The translations under genes were made by a program, and so were the position numbers. This document shows, piece by piece, positions 1 to 11,200 of a stretch of 20,000 nucleotides of DNA. The notes beneath the pieces were generated by a model that searched no databases, was not told where the DNA came from, and worked only from the letters and a program-made list of their open reading frames with translations. Source of the stretch: an uncultured virus (IMG/VR IMGVR_UViG_3300000228_000008) (Duplodnaviria > Heunggongvirae > Uroviricota > Caudoviricetes); IMG/VR virus record IMGVR_UViG_3300000228_000008; one strand, given 5' to 3'. Positions within the stretch are counted from its first letter, which is position 1, and each line of letters begins with the position of its first letter.

Positions 1-857
1 TGTCAGAATTAAGTACTTATTTTTCTATTATGTTTGATTATTCTATGGAGGATGTAACTTTTACAAGAGATGAGATAAACGTATTTCATTATATATTTAT
101 AGAGTCTATAACATTTTATGAGGTTTTTTACATTAGCCAACAAGAAACTATTCAAGTGCATGAAAGAAAATTTAATATTTCTGTAGGAAGTTATGGAACA
201 TACCCGATTCATGGTTTTGAAAGCACAGGTTCTCTTCTATATCCAAACCCTTTCGAGTTATCTACAACTTATCAGTATGATACTACTACTGGTATGGTTG
301 GAATGCCGAATAGTACTGGTGACTTTACTTCTGTAGGTAAAACACAAAATAGATTTTGTAAAAAAATACAAATAGATGGAGAGGAACTTAGTGGCAGTTA
401 CTTAGATTTTGAGAAAAAGCAGAAAGAGTTGTACGATGAAGTAGCTTTATCTGGAAGTAGTGAAATAATATTTAAATCCGTAGCAGACGTAGTTTTTAAA
501 GAAGAATTAGAAAACATAGGTATAACTGATTTACCAAAATGGGAATGTAAATTTATAAATAATACAATGAAACCATTAAAAGCTGTACAAGAAAAACAAT
601 TGTATCAACCACCTGGGCATCAGTGGACTTGGGACACAGGAAGTTTTGAAGATCGTATTGGATGTGGTGGAGGTGGTATTGGTCAATGGAAAGCTGTATT
701 CTATTATGTATTTGGCAGAATATCAGGTATGTACGGTTATGTTGGTGAGAGGGACATATTCGATTTGTATTCATATGGTCTATCCGACGTTTTAACTAGA
801 ATGGCAGATCCAGCTGAGGCGGTAAGAGATCTATTAGGTGTTGGAGAGTACGATTAG
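1..857 (+). CDS. Hypothetical protein, probably virion-associated; 5' end lies at or just outside the window edge
   Basis: The frame of the 30..857 ORF is open back to position 3 (SELSTYFSI-M). The window starts 'tg tca gaa', compatible with an ATG one base outside it. Ends at TAG 855-857. No recognisable family. Confidence 0.7.
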   Translation, partial: SELSTYFSIMFDYSMEDVTFTRDEINVFHYIFIESITFYEVFYISQQETIQVHERKFNISVGSYGTYPIHGFESTGSLLYPNPFELSTTYQYDTTTGMVGMPNSTGDFTSVGKTQNRFCKKIQIDGEELSGSYLDFEKKQKELYDEVALSGSSEIIFKSVADVVFKEELENIGITDLPKWECKFINNTMKPLKAVQEKQLYQPPGHQWTWDTGSFEDRIGCGGGGIGQWKAVFYYVFGRISGMYGYVGERDIFDLYSYGLSDVLTRMADPAEAVRDLLGVGEYD

Positions 858-878
858 GAGGTTTAAGCAGTTTTCAAA

Positions 879-999
879 TAACTTATAAAAACTATAAAAA
901 CTTATTGACAACGGAGGAATCTGTAAATATAGTGAAACTACGTACTAAGAAGCAGGAACTTTACTTAAAATTTATGACTTATTAAGTTTTTATAAGTTA
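879..999. repeat. Perfect 15-bp inverted repeat pair (879-893 / 985-999) with an extra tandem copy (893-904 pairs with 983-994)
   Basis: Read directly from the sequence. Confidence 0.95.
905..933 (+). promoter_or_regulatory. Sigma70-type promoter
   Basis: TTGACA (905-910), 17-bp spacer, TATAGT (928-933), upstream of the 1015 CDS. Confidence 0.7.
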
Positions 1000-1014
1000 A
1001 AGGAACCAGGGTAT

Positions 1015-1413
1015 ATGTTTGAAATAACTTGCGAAGAATGCAGTAGTCTTATAACTATGGATTACCAAGCATCATTAGAGGATTACCTATATAAAGTAAA
1101 TTATGTGACAAACGATATTACTTATATTACAGATACAGCTATAAAAGCATATATGATATATAAATGTATTGGTTGTGGTAAAGTTTTTAAATACACTTTA
1201 AAAGATTTAGAATTAAAATTGAGGCAATCAATACATAAAGATGTTAGAAAATATAGAAAAATTTATGTTTTTAGAAATATATTAAATCCTGCTAATGTTG
1301 ATCCAGACAATGGATTACTTTTTTGTGGTATTTGTGATGGTGTTGATAATCTTGGTAATTGCTATACAGATATTGTAAATATATGTCCTTTTGCGTGTAA
1401 AAATGAAGCATAA
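1015..1413 (+). CDS. Cys-rich, putative zinc-binding protein (132 aa)
   Basis: CEEC and CIGC pairs, plus a C-terminal CGIC...C...C...C cluster. Stop overlaps the start of the next gene. Confidence 0.8.
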   Translation: MFEITCEECSSLITMDYQASLEDYLYKVNYVTNDITYITDTAIKAYMIYKCIGCGKVFKYTLKDLELKLRQSIHKDVRKYRKIYVFRNILNPANVDPDNGLLFCGICDGVDNLGNCYTDIVNICPFACKNEA

Positions 1414-4400
1414 TTTTTTAAGAGATAGTAAGTCTATCAGTAATTCTACACTGTGTAGATACGACTCTATGAGTGGATACAGTACGGATTTTTCTAAAAA
1501 TGGTGATGTAAACGGTTGGGATATATACAATAACATTTACATGTACGGTTGTTGGAATAATTTAATATTCGGATCATCACATTTAGATGAATGTTATATT
1601 GGTAGAACTACCGTTTTTTTATCTGTAAATGCAGAAGAATATTTTTTTATAGAGTTTATTTTAAAAGTAGTAGATGAAAATCCAAACAAAGTTGTAAAAG
1701 GTTTAAATAAAGGTAAAATAATGTGGTCAAGAACTGACGATAATGACTGGTCAGAAGAAAGAACCATTGAATTCAATATTACTGGTGTGGGTACTTGGGA
1801 ATATTATAAATTGAACCTTGGGCCGTACAAATGGTGGCAAGGTGATATAAATAATTTACGTTTTTATCCTTTTATTGATGGTAATAAGAAAGACAAATTT
1901 TTTTTGAAGTACTTAAGAATCACTTCAGAAGATTTTTGGATGTGTACAAATACAAATTGTTCTTTTTACCAGTTGTATAATCATCCTTGTTGTGGAGCTG
2001 GTAGTAGGCCATATTGTGAAGCTACGGTTAAAAAGAAAAATTACTCTTTTGTACAAGGTGTAAGTAGCGAATTATTAATAGATATAGATAGTTATGGTAT
2101 TGAACCAATAGAACTTGGTAATAATTTACTAGTGTCTGGGAACGATGTAGCTAAAATAATAGGTAATAATATTAGTACTATAAACATAGGAGGCTACTCG
2201 TTTGCTGAAATTAATTATACTGATGAAAATGTGATACGTATTTATAGTGGTACAAATGGTAGTAATAGTAGTATCGTAATACATTACTCTAAAGCAGCAG
2301 AAGAGCTTGGGTTTTTTAGTGTGAATAAAGAAGCCATATACACATATGTTAGTGGTACAATACAAGCGTCTGGGTTTGATTACGCAAGTACCAAACTATT
2401 ACAAACTTTTGAGATAAATTCTTTAATAAATGGAAGTAATGATGTGGCCTATGTGCATAATCCTTCACAGTATTCTGTGGAAGGCGGCAGAAGAGACTTT
2501 AATGAAATTGGTACTTCAAAGCTTATATCATCTATTGAAGATGTTACTATATTTGTGTCGTTCGATAATACAGGTAAGACTATTGTAGATTTGTCAAAAA
2601 GAATAGATAACAATGGTAAATTAACGCATTTTTGGGTTTATGGTGTCTTAAATCCTGGGGCTTCCTTGAAAATTTTAAGGCCTCATAATGATGGCAGTTT
2701 TTCAGTTATACATACAATACTTTTGCCTACAAAGGAAGCTAACACTTTATATACGTCAAAACCGTTAGTTTCTCAAGTGACCTGTGATGTTTTAGTTACT
2801 AAAGGTGACTTATTAGGTATATATAATGCTAATTTATATGTTGGTCAGACAGCCACAAAACTGCCAGACGCAACGTTTATTCAATTTTCTGGAGATATTT
2901 ACGGAAGAGTTTATGAAAGTGTTTCACATTCTTATGGTGTTGGTGGGTTTGCTATGTATGCAAGAGGTGACTTAAAGCAGACTAACACAATATTAGATAT
3001 TGATTTAGGTAATCGATTGAATATTTCAGAATTTGTAGTATCAGGAGAAGAGTTAGAAAATTATTATGAATTTAATATAGCCTCTTGTTTAGATATTACT
3101 TGGGAAGTTGATTTATTTAATGAAACACACAACCATTCAGGCTACTATGCAATCACTCTCGATAGGTGGTATGACACACATAATAATATTTATTATGGTA
3201 AAGAATGCTTAGATGATTTAATTATAACTGCCGATAATGGTAAACAAGGTGATGTATATTCTCAAAATAATGGATTAGCTACTCAAGGACATCATGCATA
3301 TTTTTATGTAAACGGTGATTTTGAATGGCCTTATAGTACAGTGTGTACAGGCCTTACAGAATACTGCGGAAATAAAGTCCCAACTTCAGGAGTACTTAAT
3401 TACATATCGGATCCAATAGCTTTTACTTTACTTTTTCCAGAAGAATACGAGTATGATATTCATAAAAGTATTATGTATTTTAAAGAGGAAAAAAATTTTA
3501 GAAATATAGCGTTATCTACTTATGGTGGTTTTTATAATTATTTAGGTAATGCTGACTCTATTGAATATAATTTAATTCCAAATTATAAATATATTTATTT
3601 AAACGGCGTTAAGTACTCTCCAGAAGATAGTGACAACATAAAAAGATATTTATTTAAAAATCCAGCAGTTTCTACTATTTATGCACAAGATTATGATGAT
3701 TTAGAGAAGACAGCTGATCATATAGCTACATATTTTGTATATTGGTCCATCTTAGGGCATGAGTTCGACCCAATATCTTGTAAAGGTTTTAGGATTTATT
3801 GTGATAGTCATTATAGTACAAAAATTACAGAAATAGAAGTATATTCTAAGATTAAAAGTGATACTTCTATGGTGGATAATACAGTATTACACTTTTCTGA
3901 TTATGGTGATAAATGGCGATCAGCAGGGTTTAAAAAAATAGACGATAAAACTACATCTGCTTTTATTGGAGGTACCCCTGGATACTTTAGAGTGACTTTA
4001 GAATCTCATACAACATTTAATATGCGAGAGATTTATGTAACAACAACTGAACAAACATATTTAGAAAATAGTACAGTTTTATTAACTGATACAAAAAATG
4101 GAGAAATAGGAGAAAGTACAGCAGTAGAAATAAAAAACACATATAATAAGGCATTTGATTTATCAATAGATATACCAAGAGACTTGGTTAGTAATAAAAA
4201 TATAGTTTTTTGGAATAAATTAAATTCTTCTAGTGATCTTGAAAACTCAGAACTAGGTCCTTCGTGCCTACTATATAAAAACAAAGATCATATAATAACT
4301 TATATTGAAGGGCAGTGCGCTAATAATTGTTATACATATGGTTTAGTTAATTTAGTTAACAATAAGGATGCCTATTACTCTTTAAATACTTTCGATTGGA

Positions 4401-7400
4401 ATTATTTTGGTACTGTGAGTTCTGGTGTTGCTTTATCTTTTTCAAATAAAGCATATTTACATAGATATAAATTTTATAGTTCTTTATCACCAGTATCAAG
4501 TAAATATTGGAGACTTCAAATAGTATCATCTGATAGAGTCATAGTGGTGAATGATATCATAGCTACTTATTTAGATACTAGGGTAAAAATTGATAGAATT
4601 CTTTTATCTGAAACTATTCCAAGTAATTATTTAAATTACATAGACAATGATGGATCCAATATACCTAGCTATTACACGTTTAAAGATTCATTTATTGATG
4701 GTACTTGGTATGAATTCTCAGTATCTGGTTCTAGTAGTCCAGAATCCTATGTTGTAAATAATGAATATTTATACATCAACAGTAAAGGAGGCACAAGTAA
4801 TTTAAGTACATATAGTTTTAGTAACTCTAATAACTTTGAATTTACAATAAAATACTATTTTACTGTAGCCACTACAACTATTTATGCAAACACAAGTTGT
4901 AACTTCGAATTTTATAATGCAGCAGATAAACTTTTTAGTATTAGTTGGACAGTTACTGCTAATGTAGACACTTCAAGTTGTGCTTCTACACTGCACAAAT
5001 TAAGTATTTTTGTTTTGACATCTAATGTGTATAATAATACAACTTTAGGTTGTTATTTAAATGTTAATACACTAAATACAATAGTACTTAGAAAAGCAGG
5101 TACAAAAGTCTCTTTATATTTAGGTGAAAATGTTTTTATAACAACTTTTGATTTAGGTTACGACTATAACATTACTTCTTTTTATTATAGAACTACATCA
5201 TCTGTAACAACATCAAGGGTATATCATGTAAGTTTTAAATATAGAGTGTTGCTATTTGGTGAATATTGGGTTGGGATTAGATTACACAATAATGATCCAA
5301 TAGATAGAATAAATTTAATTTCTACTGGCAATGCTTTGACTATGAAAGTATTAACAAGTAATGATAATAGCTTATATAGTATATGGGAAGTTGTGTCTCT
5401 AATAAGAGAAGATCTGCATATATATTTCAGTGTCGATTTAGAAAAACGCCATAGTTTAGCCATAATTAGAAATTATGGCTCAGGTAATCTTTTTTATGTT
5501 GCATTGACATTGAATACAGTTTTTTCAAATACGTCTGGCGATATTTATAACGCAGAATTTAATTCTACAAGTAGCGATTGTAGATGGGTAGGTGTAAAAA
5601 TAAATTGTTCTGATAATATATTAAAGTCTATTGAAAAGTTAGGCATATATACTGATATTACTATTCCTTTTTGTAAAGATGGTGGGTTAAATAACACTTG
5701 GATTTCATTACCAAATACATTGACTAGTTATATGCCAATAAAAAATGTGGCTTTAAATGCTACAGTTTCTGGTACTAGTTTTTATAAAGATCATATACCA
5801 GAAAGATCAGTTAATGGTGAATCATCAAAATTTGGGCCAGAATTTTGCTGGGCCTATAAAAAAGATACAAACCCTGTATTATACATAGAGTTTGGTGGGG
5901 AGTTTAATGTAGGGCATTTTATAATGCATAATGGGTACTCTTCTGATATTAATTCAGGGTATAATAAAAGCTATAAACTTAGTTTAGACAACACATCTTC
6001 TGGAGATAGTAGAACTTGGGTATTAGTATATACAGCTTCTAATATAACAGATTCTTCTACTAGAAAACACTCGTTTGATTATGTGCATGCAAGAAGAGCT
6101 AAATTAGAAATTACCTCTTTTGATTATATTGAAGTTATTGAAGACATTTCTGATAGTACATATTTAGTTGTGTATATAGGATTTCTGCGTGAAATAGAAA
6201 TATTAGCTAAGGAAAATACTACTATTATAAGTAGTGAGGACTATCCTATTGTTTGTGTAGATTTAAGAAGTAGTTTCAACGTAGTAGATGTTAAATTATA
6301 CAACCCTTTTCAACAAGACGACAGTCTTATAACAGATTCTTCTAATAATATGTGGGATAATTCAAGTGAATTTATAAGTTACTCAGATAATATAACGTCT
6401 GATCCTACTAAAGCCACTTTTAGCAGAGGTCAGGATTATACTACTGAGTATGAAAATAATTTAAATACGGGGGATTTGAAGTACTCATATGAGTATACTA
6501 TAGTTACTGCTTTATTTTTATCAAAAGGTCATCATTATATTGGTTGGGCTGCTTATTATCCAGAAAATGTAGAGGAAATTAGTATAGATTTAATAGGAGA
6601 TGAAGATTTACATATATATGCTACAAATTATGGTACTGGTTGGAAAACACAACAGCATGAGTTTTTTACTACTTATGATGGCTATTATACAATATACGCA
6701 AGACAGAATATAAGCAGTAGTTACTCATGGGGGGTTTCAAATATTAAAATATATAGGTTATATGATTTAACTAGATGGGTAGCTATTGTACGAGATACTG
6801 CTACTAACTATGCGTATAATTTTGTTGACGATATGTCTTCTCCTGATTTCTTAGATAAAATTGGGATTTATAGTTCAGATGTACTAATTCCATCAGAGTA
6901 TTGGTGGTGGTGGGGTTCAGATCTTTCTTGTTTATCGAATGACAGTGCAACTGTGAAGGTAGGAACAAGGTCGTTAAAAGTAGTATATCCAGCATCGTCT
7001 GATATTGATACATTACGTTTAATTGAAGCAGATCATTTTGGTAAAGATTTATTGTGGTCTATGTTAGATGCTTTTCATTTTTATTTATACGTTGATAATA
7101 TAGATAATTTAGATACTACTTTTGGCAAAATAGTATTAGGATCTGTGGACAGTACTTCTTCTGATTTTTATTACTCTTGGGATATAGCAACAATTCCACT
7201 AGAGACTGGTTGGAATGATATTAATTTAAATTTTTATAACTATTCAAGTGTATATCCAACATCAAAAGGTATAAATGGTGGTTTTCTAGATACTATTTTA
7301 TGTTTTAAAATTAACGAACGAAATATTACCTCTTTATACATACAATATAGGGGCAGGGGTTCAGAAGTTACTTTATTTTTCGATGATTTTAGAATAAGAC

Positions 7401-8206
7401 GTAATACATTTGATACATCTGTTATGTATTCAAAAGGGTTGTGTTTAACATATAATGATTATTTAATGATGCCTTTATCTAACATAAACTTAGATAAGGG
7501 GTCAATTGAGTTTCATGTTAAAATGGGGGTAGACTCTTTAGGAAGAGACTCTTTTGGAGAACTACACGCAGCTACTTTATTTACATTGAGTAGTAATTCA
7601 AATGATATAGTGTCACTAAGGATTAAACCAGGAAATTGGTTCGAGGTTTTTGCAGGTAATATACGTAATCAAAGTTTATTTAATACAACAGAATTATTAG
7701 CACGTACTTTTGTTGGTATTGGTAGTATAGTACATATAGGTCTTGTTTGGAGTAATGATGGTAGTGGGACTGTTGATGGTTACACAGTAAAGTTATTTAT
7801 AAATGGAGTACTTACTTTGAATAGCATCTCTGGTTGGAAAGTATCGGATACAAAGTTATCTTTTTTTAAATTGGGTGGAGGAATATCGCAGACTTCTCAA
7901 GTACATGCTAATCACAGCGCATTTATTTTCGAAAATGTTAAAGTATATAATTATTGTAAAGACTCTTTTTTAATTTATACCCAAGATATAGGTGGCGAGC
8001 ATTTATATACACCAGAAAATTTTATAGAAATTTCAAATGATAACATAAATTTCGTGTCGGCTGGATCAGAAAATCTCCCAATGATTTTTGAACAAGTACC
8101 AAGCCAAGAATCAAAAACTATATATATTAGAACCAATAAAATTAAAAAATTAAAATCAACAGGTAGTAATGCCCAAATTACAGTAGACTGGTTAACTACC
8201 GTTTAA
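1403..8206 (+). CDS. Giant (~2267 aa) multidomain virion/tail protein with carbohydrate-binding-type modules (F5/8 type C/discoidin-like, C-terminal LamG/ConA-like)
   Basis: Long ORF; ATG 1403 preferred over TTG 1391. Discoidin-like segment NVALNATVSG...LYIEFG...YKLSLD...ARRAKLEIT...LREIEI (~5744-6203). LamG-like segment KGSIEFHVK...HIGLVW...VKLFING...FENVKVYN (~7426-7952). N-terminal WQGDINNLRFYP jelly-roll-type motif. Confidence 0.8.
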   Translation: MKHNFLRDSKSISNSTLCRYDSMSGYSTDFSKNGDVNGWDIYNNIYMYGCWNNLIFGSSHLDECYIGRTTVFLSVNAEEYFFIEFILKVVDENPNKVVKGLNKGKIMWSRTDDNDWSEERTIEFNITGVGTWEYYKLNLGPYKWWQGDINNLRFYPFIDGNKKDKFFLKYLRITSEDFWMCTNTNCSFYQLYNHPCCGAGSRPYCEATVKKKNYSFVQGVSSELLIDIDSYGIEPIELGNNLLVSGNDVAKIIGNNISTINIGGYSFAEINYTDENVIRIYSGTNGSNSSIVIHYSKAAEELGFFSVNKEAIYTYVSGTIQASGFDYASTKLLQTFEINSLINGSNDVAYVHNPSQYSVEGGRRDFNEIGTSKLISSIEDVTIFVSFDNTGKTIVDLSKRIDNNGKLTHFWVYGVLNPGASLKILRPHNDGSFSVIHTILLPTKEANTLYTSKPLVSQVTCDVLVTKGDLLGIYNANLYVGQTATKLPDATFIQFSGDIYGRVYESVSHSYGVGGFAMYARGDLKQTNTILDIDLGNRLNISEFVVSGEELENYYEFNIASCLDITWEVDLFNETHNHSGYYAITLDRWYDTHNNIYYGKECLDDLIITADNGKQGDVYSQNNGLATQGHHAYFYVNGDFEWPYSTVCTGLTEYCGNKVPTSGVLNYISDPIAFTLLFPEEYEYDIHKSIMYFKEEKNFRNIALSTYGGFYNYLGNADSIEYNLIPNYKYIYLNGVKYSPEDSDNIKRYLFKNPAVSTIYAQDYDDLEKTADHIATYFVYWSILGHEFDPISCKGFRIYCDSHYSTKITEIEVYSKIKSDTSMVDNTVLHFSDYGDKWRSAGFKKIDDKTTSAFIGGTPGYFRVTLESHTTFNMREIYVTTTEQTYLENSTVLLTDTKNGEIGESTAVEIKNTYNKAFDLSIDIPRDLVSNKNIVFWNKLNSSSDLENSELGPSCLLYKNKDHIITYIEGQCANNCYTYGLVNLVNNKDAYYSLNTFDWNYFGTVSSGVALSFSNKAYLHRYKFYSSLSPVSSKYWRLQIVSSDRVIVVNDIIATYLDTRVKIDRILLSETIPSNYLNYIDNDGSNIPSYYTFKDSFIDGTWYEFSVSGSSSPESYVVNNEYLYINSKGGTSNLSTYSFSNSNNFEFTIKYYFTVATTTIYANTSCNFEFYNAADKLFSISWTVTANVDTSSCASTLHKLSIFVLTSNVYNNTTLGCYLNVNTLNTIVLRKAGTKVSLYLGENVFITTFDLGYDYNITSFYYRTTSSVTTSRVYHVSFKYRVLLFGEYWVGIRLHNNDPIDRINLISTGNALTMKVLTSNDNSLYSIWEVVSLIREDLHIYFSVDLEKRHSLAIIRNYGSGNLFYVALTLNTVFSNTSGDIYNAEFNSTSSDCRWVGVKINCSDNILKSIEKLGIYTDITIPFCKDGGLNNTWISLPNTLTSYMPIKNVALNATVSGTSFYKDHIPERSVNGESSKFGPEFCWAYKKDTNPVLYIEFGGEFNVGHFIMHNGYSSDINSGYNKSYKLSLDNTSSGDSRTWVLVYTASNITDSSTRKHSFDYVHARRAKLEITSFDYIEVIEDISDSTYLVVYIGFLREIEILAKENTTIISSEDYPIVCVDLRSSFNVVDVKLYNPFQQDDSLITDSSNNMWDNSSEFISYSDNITSDPTKATFSRGQDYTTEYENNLNTGDLKYSYEYTIVTALFLSKGHHYIGWAAYYPENVEEISIDLIGDEDLHIYATNYGTGWKTQQHEFFTTYDGYYTIYARQNISSSYSWGVSNIKIYRLYDLTRWVAIVRDTATNYAYNFVDDMSSPDFLDKIGIYSSDVLIPSEYWWWWGSDLSCLSNDSATVKVGTRSLKVVYPASSDIDTLRLIEADHFGKDLLWSMLDAFHFYLYVDNIDNLDTTFGKIVLGSVDSTSSDFYYSWDIATIPLETGWNDINLNFYNYSSVYPTSKGINGGFLDTILCFKINERNITSLYIQYRGRGSEVTLFFDDFRIRRNTFDTSVMYSKGLCLTYNDYLMMPLSNINLDKGSIEFHVKMGVDSLGRDSFGELHAATLFTLSSNSNDIVSLRIKPGNWFEVFAGNIRNQSLFNTTELLARTFVGIGSIVHIGLVWSNDGSGTVDGYTVKLFINGVLTLNSISGWKVSDTKLSFFKLGGGISQTSQVHANHSAFIFENVKVYNYCKDSFLIYTQDIGGEHLYTPENFIEISNDNINFVSAGSENLPMIFEQVPSQESKTIYIRTNKIKKLKSTGSNAQITVDWLTTV

Positions 8207-8230
8207 TTAAAGTAGACTAAGGTTAAATTT

Positions 8231-11200
8231 ATGACAAAATATAACATGATTAATAGTAGTTATTTTACATCTAATACTACTAGTGGTACAGGTAATCGTA
8301 ATCTAACTGCAACTGAGTTATATTCACTTACAGATGGTGTATTGGATACGATAGGAGTAACAGTAACAGGATCAGATATTTTATGTCTTGATATAGATTT
8401 AGGATACCGATTAAAAATAGATAGTATTTTATTATATGCTAGTGATTTAACGAAATTACCTAATATTAACTTCTATTTTAAAAATTATGAAACCGATTCT
8501 TATATAATATGCTCTAAAAGTTCTTCTATAAACTCTTATGTAGGGACTACACCATCTCCTAGTGCACCTAGGTATGTTAGATGTACAGTTAGTGGTACAG
8601 ATATAGGTATTAATGAATTACAAGTACTTAATGACGACAATATCATAGCTTTTGGTGTAGATGGTAATACTACTAGTACTATGCTAGAAAGTGCTCCGGA
8701 AGGGATTTATGGAGATATACAAACTATAGAAATATATAATAATACTGACAGTGATATTCCTGCTAATGCTTATGTTTGTGTGGATTACACAGGTAAAATA
8801 GATGACACATATATAGATATATCTGCAAATGAAGGTGGTCCTTTTTATAACTTAGCTGATGGTGATTTTACAGAGACTTGGCGAACTTCAGGTACACATA
8901 ATGGCACTACAAGTGTTACTGGAGTTGTTGGCGCTTTATTATGTATCGACCATGTTGATGAAATTTGTAAAGAATATTTAGGTAAACTTCCTAACATTTT
9001 ATGTACTTACCCTAAAAAACCGTTTGGTTTATATAGTTCAACTGCTTTTGACCATACTACTGGTAGATTGTACGTAGCTTTTTGGCAAGGGACATCTTCT
9101 ACTGGTTCAGCTATTGATCTTTGGTACTATACTGCTGCTACAAATATTTGGGTTTTTAAAGGTACTTTAGTTAGTCCTTTTTGGCATACTTCTTATATAA
9201 GCATGTGTTGTGATAATAATGGTGTTTACTTTTTAACTACTATTTCTCCATATACTACAATATATATATTAAAACATGATCCATCTGGGGCTTTAGGCAA
9301 CTTAGTAACTTTATCTACTTTTACAATATCCGATTATTATCCACAAAGTACTTGTTTTTACATAATAGCAGATTTTAAAGGCAACATATGGATAAAAAGT
9401 AACACTCATGTGCAGGCATGGACTAAATATTTTTTTAAGTTTGTTATTTCCACGCTAGTTATAACTAGTATGAGTAATATTTTTTACAGTGCTCCAAGTA
9501 ATACAGTAGGTGCATTATGTATATTAGCGTATAATATTGATAGTGACAGAATTTATTCTATGAATACAGAGAATAGTTCATATACTAATGCGTATAATAT
9601 AGAAATGTACGACGTAGTTTCTGATACTTGGGTAATACAGTATTTAAACTACGGTATTATAACAGGGGTAAACACAAATTATGACGTGTTTTTTTGTTGT
9701 CATAATGAAGTACTATATTTTCATTCAGCAAATTACGGTGGTATTATTTATATTTATGATTTAACCACTGGCATTAAAAGTACAGTTCCAACTGGGTTTT
9801 ATGTTAAAACAGGTATATCAAATAAAGTAATAGCTTTAGATCCTCTTACTTTAGAAGACACTTATTCTTTATTGGTTATCGGTGGGTATACTGACGATTA
9901 TTCAGTATTTGGCTATAATAATCCATTTATAACTGACACTTTAAGAATATGTGCGTATACTTCACCTATTATAGCTTTAGAAGACCCTAACTCAGCTAGT
10001 TATTTTAGTATAGAAACGTCTTCTACGCCAGGTATAACTAATGTGAGTAAACACCGAGAAATACAAGATGGTGTAATAGAAGTTAGAAGTAGTACAACAT
10101 CACCTTTACCTGTCGAAGCAGTGTTTTGGTCTTCACACCATTTGAATTACATTAATAATGCACGTATTGATTGTAATACTTTAGTAACTGCTTATACACG
10201 TACAGCACAGTACAACTTAAATTTAGCATGTAGTATGTCTTTTTGTAGACAAACGACTAACATTACTATGGTGTATAGTGTCACTTATTATCCTACCAAG
10301 CCTTTTTTTATTAGGTATGATATTTTAGGTAATACTCTGGTATCATTGCTTTCTACATATGACTTTGGTAATATCACTTACATGTCTTGTGATAACTATG
10401 ACGGTTTTTGGGCGTATAGCCCAGGAACCACCACATTACATCATGCGGATCATAATTTTGTTTTAAAGGCCTCAGTTTTTGTTCTGGGTTTTAGAGGGCT
10501 ATGCAATGAAAATTTATCTGGTGGGGCTTGGTATACTAGTTCAGTATCTAAATCATTAGTACATATTGATTACAATTGTAATACAATAGTGGCTAGAACG
10601 TTATTAGATCCATACGAAGTATGTGAAACTTTAGACAATGGTTGCTGGGTAATCGATTTATTAGATGATTTATATGGAAAAACTATAAAAAGATATAGTA
10701 CATCAGGTGAATTAGTTACTACCATTAAAGTTACTAAACTTTTTAAAAAAATAACAGCAGATTTAGTAGGAGGTTTCTACGCTTTAAGTTTTGATAGCCT
10801 ACAATGTTTAGATCATTATGATAAAGAAGGTAATTTAACCATGTCAATTAAAGATATTTATAATGAAACACATATAAGCGGTGGACCAAATGGAGTTATA
10901 CTATATTCAAGTACACTTTTAAGAGTTAGATATGTTTCTTTACAAACTAAAAATATAGTTTGGACCAAGTTTAATACTGACCTTACTTATCCAAATGGTA
11001 GTTTTGCGCCACCAATACTTGCTACATTTAGAATGGAAGATCAGCAAAAATATACAAATGTTGCTAAGCATGTACCTTTATCTTATGACCCTCTATGGAA
11101 TTTATCTACAGGCACACTACCTTGGAAAGATGTAGATAAAGATGGGTATTTTTTAATAAAAAAGAAATATCACCAAGTAAGGCTTACTTTATCAAGTAGT

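Larger units (their letters stand above)
862..1010 (+). mobile_element. Putative miniature non-autonomous IS607-like element (left end fused to right end, with a partial TnpB omegaRNA 3' remnant)
   Basis: Perfect 15-bp inverted repeat TAACTTATAAAAACT (879-893) / AGTTTTTATAAGTTA (985-999). Tandem TATAAAAACT copies on the left (884-893, 893-902). Internal GTGAAACTAC...GAAGCAGGAA (932-958) resembles tnpB 3' ends as I recall them. Removing 862-1010 joins the orphan AGGAGG (856-861) to gtatATG (1015). Exact ends uncertain. Confidence 0.6.
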
